64,000 nucleotides of DNA from Octopus vulgaris. Lineage: Eukaryota. This document shows positions 14,733-26,550 of this stretch, in pieces (the stretch's first letter is position 1; each line of letters begins with the position of its first letter). The position numbers were made by a program, and so were the translations under genes. The notes beneath the pieces were generated by a model. It saw only the letters and a list, made by a program, of their open reading frames with translations, was not told where the DNA came from and ran no database searches. The stretch is taken from the NCBI GenBank assembly GCA_951406725.2, contig OX597817.1, forward strand, positions 79,484,001 through 79,548,000. The letters run 5' to 3'.

Positions 14733-14740
<8 letters not shown>
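14310..14740. repeat. Near-perfect inverted repeat, ~186-bp arms and 58-nt loop (Penelope-like inverted termini)
   Basis: 14310-14495 is the reverse complement of 14554-14740 with only a few mismatches. Flanked by (TA)n. Confidence 0.9.
14530..14602 (+). ncRNA. Hammerhead-like motif with a damaged stem I
   Basis: CTGAAGA (14535-14541), stem II tgattgta/tacagcca, then GAAAC-GATC-GTA (14586-14597) with a palindromic stem III. Stem I pairs poorly (ttaac vs gtgtt). Confidence 0.5.
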
Positions 14741-14810
<70 letters not shown>

Positions 14811-15197
14811 ATGACGGGCTTCCTTCAGCTTCCGTCTACCAAATCCACTCACAAGGCTTTGGTCGGTCCGAGGCTATAGTAGAAGACACATGCTCAAGGT
14901 GCCACGCGGGAGGACTGAGATTGAACTCGGAACCATGTGGTCGGTAAGCAAGCTACTTTCCATACAGTCAAGGATAAAATCTATATAGGATTTTATCAAG
15001 TAGCTTGCATATAAAAACCATTTTGGTAAAAATTAGTACAAAATATTTAATTATATAGGCGTGGCATATAGAATAAGTACAGGGTTTGAAAATAAGTCCT
15101 GTGGTTGAATTGTTCAACAAAAACACTTTAAGGCAGTGCTCCAGCATAGCCGCAGTCGAATGACTGAAACAAGTAAAAGAATGCAATAATATATACA

Positions 15198-15582
15198 GAG
15201 GAGTGGCTGTGTTGTAAGTAGCTTGCTTCCCAACCATATGTCCCTGCGTTCAGTCCCACAGCGTGGCACATTGGGCAAGTGTCTTCTATTATAGCTTTGG
15301 GCCGCCTAAAGCCTTATGATTTGGTAGACGGAAACTGAAAGAAGGCCGTCGTATATATATACATATATATTTATGTGTGTGTGTATGTTTATGTGTCTGT
15401 GTTTCCCTCATCGCTTGACAACCGATGATAGTGTGTTTACGTCCCCGTAACCTGGTGGTTCGGCCCCAAGAGACCGATAGAATAAGTGCTAGGCTTACAA
15501 AGAATAAGCCCTGGGGTCGATTTGTTCGACTAAAGGTGATGCTCCAGCATGGCCGCAATCAAACAACTGAAACAAATAAAAG
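15198..15582 (+). mobile_element. SINE family A, near full length
   Basis: gaggagtggctgtgttgtaagtagcttgc...ttgggcaagtgtcttc...internal (TA/TG)n...gctccagcatggccgc..actgaaacaa tail. Confidence 0.85.
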
Positions 15583-15916
15583 GAAAAAAAATGAAAAGAC
15601 ACGACACACATATACACACACACATGTTTGCTTATATAGATACAACTTGGGATATGCTCACATACACACGCGCGCCAGCATATACACATGCACACACACA
15701 TATGCATACAAACACACACACACATACACACGTGTACACACGTATACATACACACTTCATTCCATGGAATGCTGCTTACATCTGAGCCGATACTTTCCAT
15801 AATTCTCAGTCATGGAAGGTTTTTTTGTCATTCTTTCCTTTTTGTTTTCTATTTTTGTTTGTTTTATTTGCTTTACAGTTTCCCTCTTGCTGACTTAACC
15901 CCTTTTCCCTCTCTTT

Positions 15917-16006
<90 letters not shown>

Positions 16007-16722
16007 TTTCTCTAAACCCTTTCCTCTCAAATTCTGCTATTTCACTTCCTACGAAACAATATAATTTGCTTCACTAGTTTTCTTCAAAATGACACAGGAA
16101 TATAAATAGCACGATGGACATTCGGACGCTGACACACGCATACACACACACACACACACGCACGCACACCCAGAAAAACACACGCACAAATGCACACACA
16201 AAGAGGGAAGAGAAGAAAGAGAGAAAAAGAGATAGAAATGACTGGACATAAAGATGGATCAACAGACAGGAAAACAAAATTTGTATGGAGACATAGAATC
16301 AATGGACGGAATGTCAGTAAGACGCGCAGTGAGGCAGACAGGTAAGACAAACGGACATGAAAGAAACAAAGACAAAAAGAAAGAAAAGGAGTGAGACAGA
16401 CGGATGGATGGATGGATGGATGGATGGATGGATGGATGGGTGGGTGGATGGATGGGTGGATGGATGGATGGATGGAGGGGAGGCATCAAAGAGATCTAAA
16501 AAGTGGATTGAATAACAGAAAGGTGGTATCAGAATGTGTGCGTGTGTGTGTGTGTGTGAGAGAGAGAGTTTGAGTGTTTGTGTGTGTGTACGTGTGTGTG
16601 TGTGGGTGGGTCGGTCGGTTTGTGAGAGTATGTTTGAGTAAATAGATCGATAGCTAGATAGTCAGATAGATAGATCGATAGATAGGTAGTTAGGTAGGTA
16701 GGGAGGTAGGTAGGTAGGTAGG

Positions 16723-16724
<2 letters not shown>

Positions 16725-16792
<68 letters not shown>

Positions 16793-16866
16793 TGTTTGTG
16801 TGTGTGATGGAGAGAGAGAAAGAAAGAGAGAAAGGATGAGAGAGATGTACAAAGCGATGAAGATAC

Positions 16867-16937
<71 letters not shown>

Positions 16938-17010
16938 TGTTTGTGTGTGTGATGGAGAGAGAGAAAGAAAGAGAGAAAGGATGAGAGAGATGTACAAAGC
17001 GATGAAGATA
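16725..17010 (+). repeat. Recent direct tandem duplication anchored on (GATA)n
   Basis: Two identical copies of tgtttgtgtgtgtgatggagagagagaaagaaagagagaaaggatgagagagatgtacaaagcgatgaagatac, each preceded by (GATA)n. Confidence 0.85.
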
Positions 17011-17492
17011 CAAATAAAGATTTTTTTAAAATAAAGTATGAGAAAGGGTTGAGTGAGGAGAGATGAAAACGGATAGATGGTCGAAAGAAAAGGGGATTAG
17101 GAAGGGAAGATACAGAGATAAAAGACAAGGAAGAGAGAGAGACAGAGGGGGTGAGAGGAAGAGAAGAATGGAATGGAACAGGTGGAGGGAATGGAGAAGG
17201 AGATAGAGGAGATGGAGGAGAAGAAGAAGAAGAAGAAGAAGAACAAGAACAAGAACAAGAACAAGAACAAGAACAAGAACAAGAACAAGAACAAGATCAA
17301 GAACAACGAGAAGAGGAGGAAGAGAAAAAGCAGAAAGAAGCAGGAAGAAGAAGAAGAAGAAGAAGAAGAAGAAGAAGAAGAAGAAGAAGAAGAAGAAGAA
17401 GAAGAAGAAGAAGAAGAAGAAGAAGAGACGGTAAGTATTTGTGTGTAGGGGTTTTGGATTGATTAACGGACCAGAGAATGCAGACGCAAAGG

Positions 17493-17747
17493 TTAGACAT
17501 TCCAGTCTTCTGGTTTTGTAGGAAAGTCCTCAGTTTTGTAAGAAACCTGAGGACTTTTCCTCTCATTTTTCACACCATAACTAACTGTCGACAATGGTGC
17601 CGTTGTCATAGCCTTTGTCTCTGTCATCATCTTCGTTGTCGTCACCATTTTCTCTACCATTCTGTTCATCATAATGTGGAAAATCGTTTCTGACTCGAGC
17701 ATAGACCCACAAATCTCAGGGCAAGGAGATATTCCATTAAATCGATC
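17493..17747 (-). CDS. Last coding exon of the uncharacterised three-exon gene
   Basis: Weak acceptor aatctaaaacaag|, phase 0 matching exon 2. Open for 84 codons DRFNGISPCPEICGSMLESETIFHIMMNRMVEK...PEDWNV*. Confidence 0.55.
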   Translation of the reverse strand, partial: DRFNGISPCPEICGSMLESETIFHIMMNRMVEKMVTTTKMMTETKAMTTAPLSTVSYGVKNERKSPQVSYKTEDFPTKPEDWNV

Positions 17748-17789
17748 CTTGTTTTAGATTGCAACGTTGAAAAGCGAAAGTTGCTATTG

Positions 17790-18388
17790 GTAATGATAAT
17801 GATGGTGATGATGATGATGTTGATGATGATGATGATGATGATGATGACGATGACGACGGTGAGGAGGAGGAGGGCGACGACGACGGCGACGAAAATGATG
17901 ATGATGTTGCTGCCGACGACGACGATAATGATGACAATGATGTTAGGTATAATGACAGTGAAGATGTTGATGATAATGACGACTACGACGACGATGATGA
18001 TGATGATGTTGGCGACGATGTTGATTTTATTGCAGATGATAATGGTGGTGGTAGGAGTGATGGTGAAAATGATGATAGTAATGATGACGGCGATGATGAT
18101 GATGATGATGATGACGACGACGACGACGACGATGACGATGACGACTAGGAAGAGGACGACGACGACGACGGTGACAAAAAAGATGATGATGTTGCCGACG
18201 ATGACGATAATGATCACAATGATGTTAGGTATAATGACAATGAAGATGATTGTGAAGATGTTGATGATAATGACGACTACAACGACGACGATGATGATGA
18301 TGACGATGATGACGATGATGACGATGATGACGATGATGATGATGATGATGATGACGATGATGATGATGATGATGATGACGATGATGAC

Positions 18389-18420
<32 letters not shown>

Positions 18421-18505
18421 CGATGATGATGACGATGATGATGACGATGATGATGACGATGATGACGATGTTAACGACGATGATGACGATGATGACGATG
18501 ATAAC

Positions 18506-18600
<95 letters not shown>

Positions 18601-18610
18601 CGGTGATGAC

Positions 18611-18658
<48 letters not shown>

Positions 18659-18672
18659 AAACATGATGATAG
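17790..18672. repeat. ~880-bp compound (GAT/GAC)n tract filling most of intron 2 of the minus-strand gene
   Basis: Directly visible. Contains an internal duplication (gatgttaggtataatgaca at about 17938 and 18221). Confidence 0.95.
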
Positions 18673-18781
18673 TGACAGAAACAAGTAGAGAGGATATGTA
18701 TTAAAATTGTATTAGTCTAAATCCAACTTGCAAGGATGAACGTCTTTCGTTTCTCTTTACAACTGATAAAGTCTTACTTAC

Positions 18782-18954
18782 TTTATACAGCTGATGCCTT
18801 GAGAATTGGTGGGCAACAGTGACCTGGGCTACACATTCACAATATGCTAAGTCCTCCTCACTTATCCAGAGTGTTTGTAAGCCGGTGCAGAACAAATATT
18901 GCAAGGGACGCCGTTCGAAACGCATCAAATTTTCGTCGATGGCGGCATCATTCT
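18782..18954 (-). CDS. Internal coding exon (173 nt) of the uncharacterised gene
   Basis: Acceptor ccatgtag| and consensus donor AAA|gtaagt. Phase 1 to phase 0, open: ENDAAIDENLMRFERRPLQYLFCTGLQTLWISEEDLAYCECVAQVTVAHQFSRHQLYK. Confidence 0.75.
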
Positions 18955-19244
18955 CTACATGGACGAATGTATAACTATTCATATACATCTACATACATAT
19001 CTTTATACACATCTATATGCATATATTCAATCCAATCATACGTAAAAATGTATATAACTACATATATTGTCATCATTTTACGTCTGTTCTCTATGCCGGC
19101 ACGAGTTGGGTGGTTTGATAGGATCTGAGTCAGTTAATATTGGAGCTACATCATCTAAAGCTTATAGCTTGCTCATATACTGCCATACTCGACCTCCAAA
19201 TCTACATTTTTTTTCATTTTCTCTCTGTTTATTTTCTTTTATTC

Positions 19245-19280
19245 CTTTCTGTTGAAGAGCGTAGGCTGGAAACGTAAAAG
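19245..19280 (+). ncRNA. Minimal hammerhead-like motif (CUGUUGA core variant)
   Basis: cttt-CTGTTGA-A-GAGC-GTAG-GCTG-GAAA-CGTA-aaag, with one stem II mismatch. Part of a dispersed element of about 190 bp (19180-19367). Confidence 0.5.
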
Positions 19281-19404
19281 ACATTTTCATTTTCCCAAGT
19301 GTCAAACTAAAACACCTGCTTGTTCACACACCTGTCTTCATCTTTTGTTTTACCATAAATTTCAACCATATATATACATATGTGTATATGTGTATATATA
19401 TATA

Positions 19405-19479
<75 letters not shown>

Positions 19480-19523
19480 GGTAGCTATTCGCATTTTGCA
19501 GCCAAAAAGCAGGAGTTCAATTT

Positions 19524-19755
19524 TCACTAAAGTGACTAAGTGTGCAACTCAACACCAGCATGCTAGAAATAGGAGTCAAAACAACTCTTAGATACGAGCA
19601 AGCACTTATCTAATGACTGACAAGGGAGACAAGCTCCCTACAACAAGTGAGATAGCGTCAGTCATTAGATAAGCTCTTCCCCGTGGTTAAGAGTTGCTTT
19701 GACTCTTATTTCTAGCGATGCTGGTGATGACGTGCACGCTTAGTGACTTTAGTGA
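19524..19755. repeat. Palindromic MITE-like element (nested hairpin)
   Basis: Outer arms of about 68 bp (tcactaaagtgactaag...aactctta), a perfect inner 17-bp pair cttatctaatgactgac/gtcagtcattagataag, flanked by (TAT)n on the left and (ATA)n on the right. Confidence 0.8.
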
Positions 19756-19783
19756 CGATTGTACTTATATAATAATAATAATG

Positions 19784-19862
<79 letters not shown>

Positions 19863-20838
19863 TAATAATAAATATATATATAGGTATAGGACGTCACCAA
19901 CTGAGTAAACAACATGAAATACGTAGACAAACGAGTTAAATACATAAACTACGAGAGAAACAAATGGAAACACTGAGAAAGGATCCTTCATCAGTTGTTA
20001 ACTGCCTATCTACTCCTAATTTCGATCATTCGACGACAATATGAGTCTTCAAAGTCTGTTGCTCCCATAAATTCTAAAATAAAATTTAGGATTTATGGAG
20101 GGACAAAGTTGGGAACAAAAACAGGACAGTGGAGACATATAAGGAAACCAAATGAAAACAAATGTGGAGGGTCGTTAAACCAGAACGAGAGGAAAATAGT
20201 GAGTGCTGAGAGAAATATTTTCTTTGAAAAGAGAACAGATAGAAGAGAGAGAGAGAAAAAGTCCAGTCCTTTTAACGTCTGTACAGGAAAAGAAAAATTG
20301 TCGCATGAGGAAAAGAAAGATGGATGATGGTTATGTTTGAGCAACGTAAGAGGGAATAGAGAAAGAGGAGGAGTGAGAGATAGAAAACGGTGAAAGAAGG
20401 AGGGGAGAAAATGGAATTAGAGACGGATGAAGGAAGAAAAGAGTATAGAGTCGAGTCATCAAAAAGGTGAAGACAAACTTGGAAATGGATGCGTATACAC
20501 ACACGCGCGCACGCGCGCACAAGCACACACATATATACATAAATATATATTTATGTGTGTCTATGCACTATTCTTTGAAATTGTTTAAAGGGATATACAA
20601 ATTTTATATAAGTCAAAGGAGAAAGTCAGAATTTCGAATAATTATTTATTTAACGTTTTCATCTCGCCAACAACATACAATTCGCGCTGGTAAGAATAAA
20701 GACTCTAAAACGAATAACGCAATTCGAAAGGTTGCTCATATCTCATATCTCATATCTATAGAAGATGGGATTTCGAATCCCATAGGCAGCCTTCAACATT
20801 TTTGATCCGAAAATTTTTACAACCTAATATTTACATGC

Positions 20839-20917
<79 letters not shown>

Positions 20918-21148
20918 GACTTTGCACAGCTTCTAACACTGGAGATATACTACAGTGTCAGTTGTTCACTACCAGTGATCTAAGGTAACACTGGGTATGC
21001 TATATCTATGATCCAGCATAGTTTGTTTTCTTTCTCAATTAAGACTATGTCTGGCTTCCTATTCTCTATCACATTGTCGCACTGAATCATAAAATCCCAT
21101 AGGATCTTTACATTTCTATTTTCGACGATGCCTTCAGGTTTGTGGTTG
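20918..21148 (-). mobile_element. 3' fragment of an RLE-type non-LTR retrotransposon (R4/Dong-like) in (TAA)n
   Basis: HKPEGIVENRNVKILWDFMIQCDNVIENRKPDIVLIEKENKLCWIIDIAYP contains the PD..D restriction-like endonuclease motif. A short 3' UTR follows. Both sides are (TAA)n. Confidence 0.8.
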
Positions 21149-21159
21149 TAATAATAATA

Positions 21160-21289
<130 letters not shown>

Positions 21290-21349
21290 GTTATCATCAT
21301 CATCATCATCAGCAGCAGCAGCAGCAGCATTATCATCATCATCATTATT

Positions 21350-21760
21350 AAGGCACGAGCTGGCAGAATCGTTAGCGCGCCGTTCTGAGTTCAAATTCCG
21401 CTGAAGTCGACTTTACTTTCATCATTTCAGGGCCGATAAAATAATTACCAGTTGAATACTGGGGTCAATATAATCGACTCATCGCCTCCTCCAAAAACTG
21501 CTGCCCATGTGACAAAATTTTAATTATTCATAGCTTTATTAATACGGTGAGCTGGCAGAACTGTTAATACACCGGGCAAAATGCTTAGCGGTATTTCGCT
21601 ATTCTTTCTGTCCTGATTTTAAATGCCAACGAGGTCGACTTTGCCTGTGATCGTTTTGCGGTCTTTAAAATAAGTACCAGTTGAACTCTGGGATCGATGT
21701 AATCTACTTTCCACCGACCCCAGAATTGCTGGCCTTGTGGCAAATTTTGAAACCATTATT
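21350..21760 (+). mobile_element. Two tandem SINE family B copies
   Basis: Two repeats of gagctggcagaa..gtta...gtcgacttt...aa.taccagttgaa.ct ggg.tc.at.taatc.act. Confidence 0.75.
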
Positions 21761-21881
21761 TATTGCTTTTATCTACTACGAATTTCACACTTCTAGCAAA
21801 GAATTATTTTCCGTTCTCTCGAAATTTCTAAATGATTATGACGTTAATATATATATGTGTATGTATTAATATATACATATA

Positions 21882-21936
<55 letters not shown>

Positions 21937-22041
21937 TCACGTGACCGACCAGACCATCTGATGTTGTTACACATCGTTGTCACAATGCGTTCGCATTGTT
22001 TTAGCCTTCGAATGACGCCACCCCGCTGGCTAAGCGAGCAG

Positions 22042-22075
<34 letters not shown>

Positions 22076-22101
22076 GTATGTATATATATATTTATATATA
22101 T

Positions 22102-22518
22102 TTTATAAAAATAGGGTAAAGTAAAATAATTTACTTTACCACATACCGAGCTTTTTAGAAATAGCAGCCAAAAATTTGGCTATTTCTTCTACTGCAAGAA
22201 AAGTCTCCCAGACAATGCATACTCAGAAATAACTCACATAGGTATAAGGGAAAAACAACGAAGAAGAAATATCTGAGCTGATGAAGGAAATGTTGGCGTT
22301 TAGTCAACTAATCCAGAAACAGGCTTGTCCTCGGGTGATCTCATATGGATGTGATCTTTCGTTGTTTTTCCCTTATACCTATGTGAGTTATTTCTGACTA
22401 TGCATTGTCTGGGAGACTTGTCTTGCAGTAGAAGAAATAGCCAAATTTTTGGCTGCTATTTCTAAAAAGCTCGGTATGTGGTAAAGTAAATTATTTTACT
22501 TTACCCTATTTTTATAAA
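22102..22518. repeat. Near-perfect inverted repeat, ~163-bp arms and 90-nt loop
   Basis: 22102-22264 is the reverse complement of 22355-22518 with only a few differences. Adjacent to (TA)n. Confidence 0.92.
22271..22336 (+). ncRNA. Type I hammerhead ribozyme
   Basis: Stem I ATCTGAG/CTCGGGT (7 bp including G-U), core CTGATGA (22278-22284), stem II GGA..GTTGGC-gttta-GTCAAC..TCC, GAAA (22316-22319), self-complementary stem III ACAGGCTTGT, and cleavage triplet GUC (22327-22329). Confidence 0.8.
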
Positions 22519-22654
22519 GTAATATTTCAAATATACCGTAAATGGTCGTTTTACATACCGAACACTGCTCGGTCGAATTAATTAATAATTAATTAATTTT
22601 ATCCTTTTTTATTGACAATATATTTATATATATATATTTAATTTATACATATAA

Positions 22655-22689
<35 letters not shown>

Positions 22690-22779
22690 TGTATGTATGT
22701 ATGTATGTATGTATGTATGTGTGTGTGTATGTATGTATGTATGTATATGTGTGTGTGCATATATACATACGTATGTGAG

Positions 22780-23541
22780 GCGGTGTGGTAAGTAGCTTGC
22801 TTGCGAACCACATCGTTCCCGGTTCAGTCCCGCTTCATGGCATCTTGGGCACGTGTCTTCTACGATAGCCTCGGGAAGATTAAAGTCTTGTGAGTGGATT
22901 TGGTAGACGGACACTGAAAGAACCCGTCTTATGTGTATGTGTGTGCGTGTGTGTGTGTGTGTGTGTTCGTCTATCACCACTTGACAACCGGCGTTGGTGT
23001 GTTTATGTCCCCATGACTTAACTGTTCGGCAAAAAAGACAGAATATGTACAAAAATAAGTCTTGGGACCGATTTATTCGACTAAAACCCTTCGATGCGAT
23101 GTTCCAGCATGGCCGCAATCAGATGACCGAAGCAAATAAAAGAATAAAATAATGTATACACATAAGTAGCTTGCTTACCAACCACATGGTTCCGGGTTCA
23201 GTCCCACTGCGTAGCACCTTGGGCAAGTGTCTTCTACTATAGCCTCGGGTCGACCAAAGCCTTGTGAGTGGATTTGGTAGACGGAAACTGAAAAAAGCCT
23301 GTCGTATATATGTATATATATATGTGTGTGCGCGTGTGTGTTTGTGTGTCTGTGTTTGTCCCCCTAACAGTGCTTGACAACCGATGCTGGTGTGTTTATG
23401 TCCCCGTCACTTAGCGGTTCGGCAAAAGAGACCGATAGAATAAGTACTGGGCTTACAAAGAATAAGTCCCGGGGTCGAGTTGCTCGACTAAAGGCGGTGC
23501 TCCAGCATGGCCGCAGTCAAATGACTGAAACAAGTAAAAGA
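22780..23541 (+). mobile_element. Two tandem SINE family A copies (22780-23145, 23165-23541)
   Basis: Both show the tRNA-like head, cttgggca.gtgtcttc core, internal microsatellite and ccagcatggccgca tail. CpGs are retained. Confidence 0.85.
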
Positions 23542-23943
23542 GTATATATATATATATACTTACATTTTATTAAGAGCTATTTCTACAAGTAAACGCCCCA
23601 TGCTGTAAGAGTGAAGATTGGAGAGCATATTATACATGCTGACCAGGAAATCATTATTGGTATACGCCTAAATCTGTTTCTAAAGGGTAGCTTCCATGTT
23701 GCATTCCCCCGCTTTCGTTGCCCCGAATATTTATTGAAGTAGTTTTACTTTAGAGTCCCATTACAGCGTGAGGCGTTTACGTGTAGTAATAGCCCTTAAT
23801 ATAATTAATGTGTTTATATTTAAAAGAAAAATTATATACTTTGTATTAATTTTTTCATCCTAAACTGGTTCTTCACGCTGGCAACTTGATAAATTCTTAT
23901 ATAGATTTTATCCTTATATTATATATATATATATGTGTGTGTG

Positions 23944-24089
<146 letters not shown>

Positions 24090-24117
24090 CACACACATAC
24101 ATACATACATATATATC

Positions 24118-24445
24118 GTCGTGGCATTCCGTCGGTTACGACGACGAGGGTTCCAGTTGATCCGATCAACGGAACAGCCTGCTCCTGAAATTGACGTGCA
24201 AGTGGTTGAACACTCCACAGACTCGTAGTTCTTGAGAGATTCAGCGTGACACAGTGGCTCTTTTATATACAGGTATATACGTGACAAGCTGTTCCATTGA
24301 TATACAGGTACAACGGAAACAGAGAAAGTTGTGGTGAAAGAATACAGCAGGGTTTGCCACCATACCCTGCCGGAGCCTCTTGGAGCTTTAGCTGTTTTCG
24401 TTCAATAAACACTCACAACGCCCGGTCTGGGAATTGAAACCGTGA
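24118..24445 (-). mobile_element. tRNA-derived SINE (family C/D chimera-like)
   Basis: Shares gtttattga.cgaaaac.ctaaagctcca with family D and caggctgttccgttgatcggatcaactgg with the copy at 30010. Confidence 0.65.
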
Positions 24446-24448
24446 TCT

Positions 24449-24501
<53 letters not shown>

Positions 24502-25199
24502 GTGATAAGCCTATACACAGTTTACGTAATTCTACGTTACTGGTCAAACCAAGGCCATGGTAGAGAATACAGGATTAATTTTCTTAACAGCTGTATCAAC
24601 CAAGAATCACATGGCTGCGAAGCAAAATTTAAAACCACACAGCCCATTCGAAAACATCACATTCGTGATTTCTTTTTTTGTCAATCGTTGATATAATCAG
24701 GAGTAAAAGTGCGGTTAAAAAGTTTGCAACCACTGCATGGTATCTCGGGCAGCTCACTTATACTTTAGTATTGCGTCGATTAATTCCTAGTATTCTATGT
24801 ACACACTTAACCTTGTCTTTGAAACTGCTATCTACTAACGAACTATTATGATGTGGACCCTCTTTCTCGAACATACCTTTATTAGAGATCACAAATTCTT
24901 CTGCTAATGTTGTTGACTATATTTTTGATAATTGGTGGGTCCGTGTCAAGTTTTAATATTAATATAAATGTTCTTTCTCAGTGGATTTGTTATGAGACTA
25001 GTATGATCTGTATGACTTGATGTCGTTGTTAATATTCTTATCAAAGATCTTTGCTAGGGTGCGATGGGTACATTGCCAGCATTTTATATTCTTAATTTCG
25101 CGCATGCGCATTGTTTGTTTTCGATTTTGTCGATAACACAGTACAGTAGTTATCGGACACGTCTGAGTAGTTAACACAGTACAGTAGTTATTGGACACG

Positions 25200-25917
25200 T
25201 CTGAGAGAAAACCAGCACTATGACGCAATTCACTCTTGGCATTCGCGACGGAAGCTCCAATACGAACGTTTCAGAGTGTTTGGGTTTCAATCTGAGGACA
25301 GTGCAAAATCAGGATATGTACCGAGATTGATAAAAATCAAACATCCGATCAACATCATGATGTGTGGAGTGATCACTAGTTATACCTCCATTCATCTTCC
25401 CACACGGCCTCAGATTCAACACGGAGGCCTACATCAAGTGTCATGAGGAGGTAGTGCTGCCCTGGGTATGGGGGTGGCTGCTGGAAGACCCTATGTCTGG
25501 CAACAGGACTTTGCACCATGCCACACCGAAGAACACAGTTGTGGCTGTCAGACAATTTGTGCGACCAGATCACCCCTAACATCTGGCCACCTAACTCCCC
25601 AGACTGCAATCACCTTGATTATTATGTGTGAGACACAGTTGAGAGGCCAACAAAACTCTTTGCACACCAAAGATGAATTGAAGGCAAGGATTATGGCAAT
25701 ATCCACTAACTTAAACAAGGAGACCGTCCTGAAGACTTGCAGGACATTCCGAAGTCGTCTGGAGGCCGTGGTTGAAGCTAATGGCGATTTTATTGAATAA
25801 ATTTACCCTTTAGTATTTCAAGATATTTTCATGTAATTTTGGTGAATATATCTGCTAAAATGAGATGTCAGTTTTATTTTTGCGTAATTTAGACGATTAT
25901 TTATTCATCACACTCTG
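25200..25917 (+). mobile_element. Degenerate DD37D/maT-type Tc1/mariner element (3' part)
   Basis: GRPYVWQQDFAPCHT and, after a frameshift, WPPNSPDCNHLDYYV; C-terminus CRTFRSRLEAVVEANGDFIE*; terminal CACTCTG-TA. Confidence 0.8.
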
Positions 25918-25924
25918 TAGTACT

Positions 25925-26550
25925 AGTTTCTTATTTCTTTACGGCCCACAAGGGGCTACACACAGAGGGGACAGACAAGGACAGACAAACGGATTAAGTC
26001 GATTATATCGATCCCAGTGTGTAACTGGTATTTATTTAATCGACCCCGAAAGGATGAAAGGCAAAGTCGACCTCGGCGGAATTTCAACTCAGAACGTAGC
26101 GGCAGACGAAATACCTATTTCTTTACTACCCACAAGGAGCTAAACACAGAGGGGACAAACAAGGACAGACAAACGGATTAAGTCGATTATATCAACCCCA
26201 GTGCATAACTGGTACTTAATTTATCGACACCGAAAATGAGAGGCAAAGTCGACCTCGGCGGAATTTGAACTCAGAACGTAACAGCAGACGAAATACCGCT
26301 AAGCATTTCACCCGGCGTGCTAACGTGCAACGGTGGTGCCCCAGCATGGCCGCAGCCTTCGGACTGAAACATTTTTAAGAATTTAAGAATATATATCGAT
26401 CCCAGTGCGTAATTGGTACTTATTTAATCGACCCCGAAAGGATGAAAGGCAAAGTCAACCTCGGTGGAATTTGAACTCAGAACGTAATGGCAGACGAAAT
26501 ACCGCTAAGCATTTCACCCTGCGTGCTAACGTTTCTACCAGCTCGCCGCC
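25925..26550 (-). mobile_element. Cluster of three SINE family B copies or fragments
   Basis: Three repeats of cgaccccgaaaggatgaaaggcaaagtcgacctcggcggaatt.aactcagaacgta. Confidence 0.85.

Noticed and set aside
17151-17462. Glu/Lys/Arg-rich ORFs ending at an ACG|gtaagt donor-like site
   Set aside because: Built from (GAA)n and (GAACAA)n repeats just downstream of the minus-strand gene's stop codon. No acceptor or partner exon was found.
17771-18690. Poly-Asp frame resembling acidic biomineralisation proteins (aspein-like), and the 307-aa poly-Met ORF
   Set aside because: The Asp frame has no ATG or signal peptide and is broken by TAG at 18146-18148. The tract lies within an intron of the opposite-strand gene and behaves like a microsatellite.
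19562-19572. gctagaaatag, matching part of the Cas9 sgRNA scaffold
   Set aside because: A short coincidental match inside a eukaryotic repeat (similar motifs at about 22156 and 33746). No CRISPR array or cas gene is present.
19900-20180. CTGATGA-AGG on the minus strand at 19988-19994 in a Penelope-like fragment
   Set aside because: No matching stem II closure or GAAA/NUH downstream; at best a truncated ribozyme remnant.
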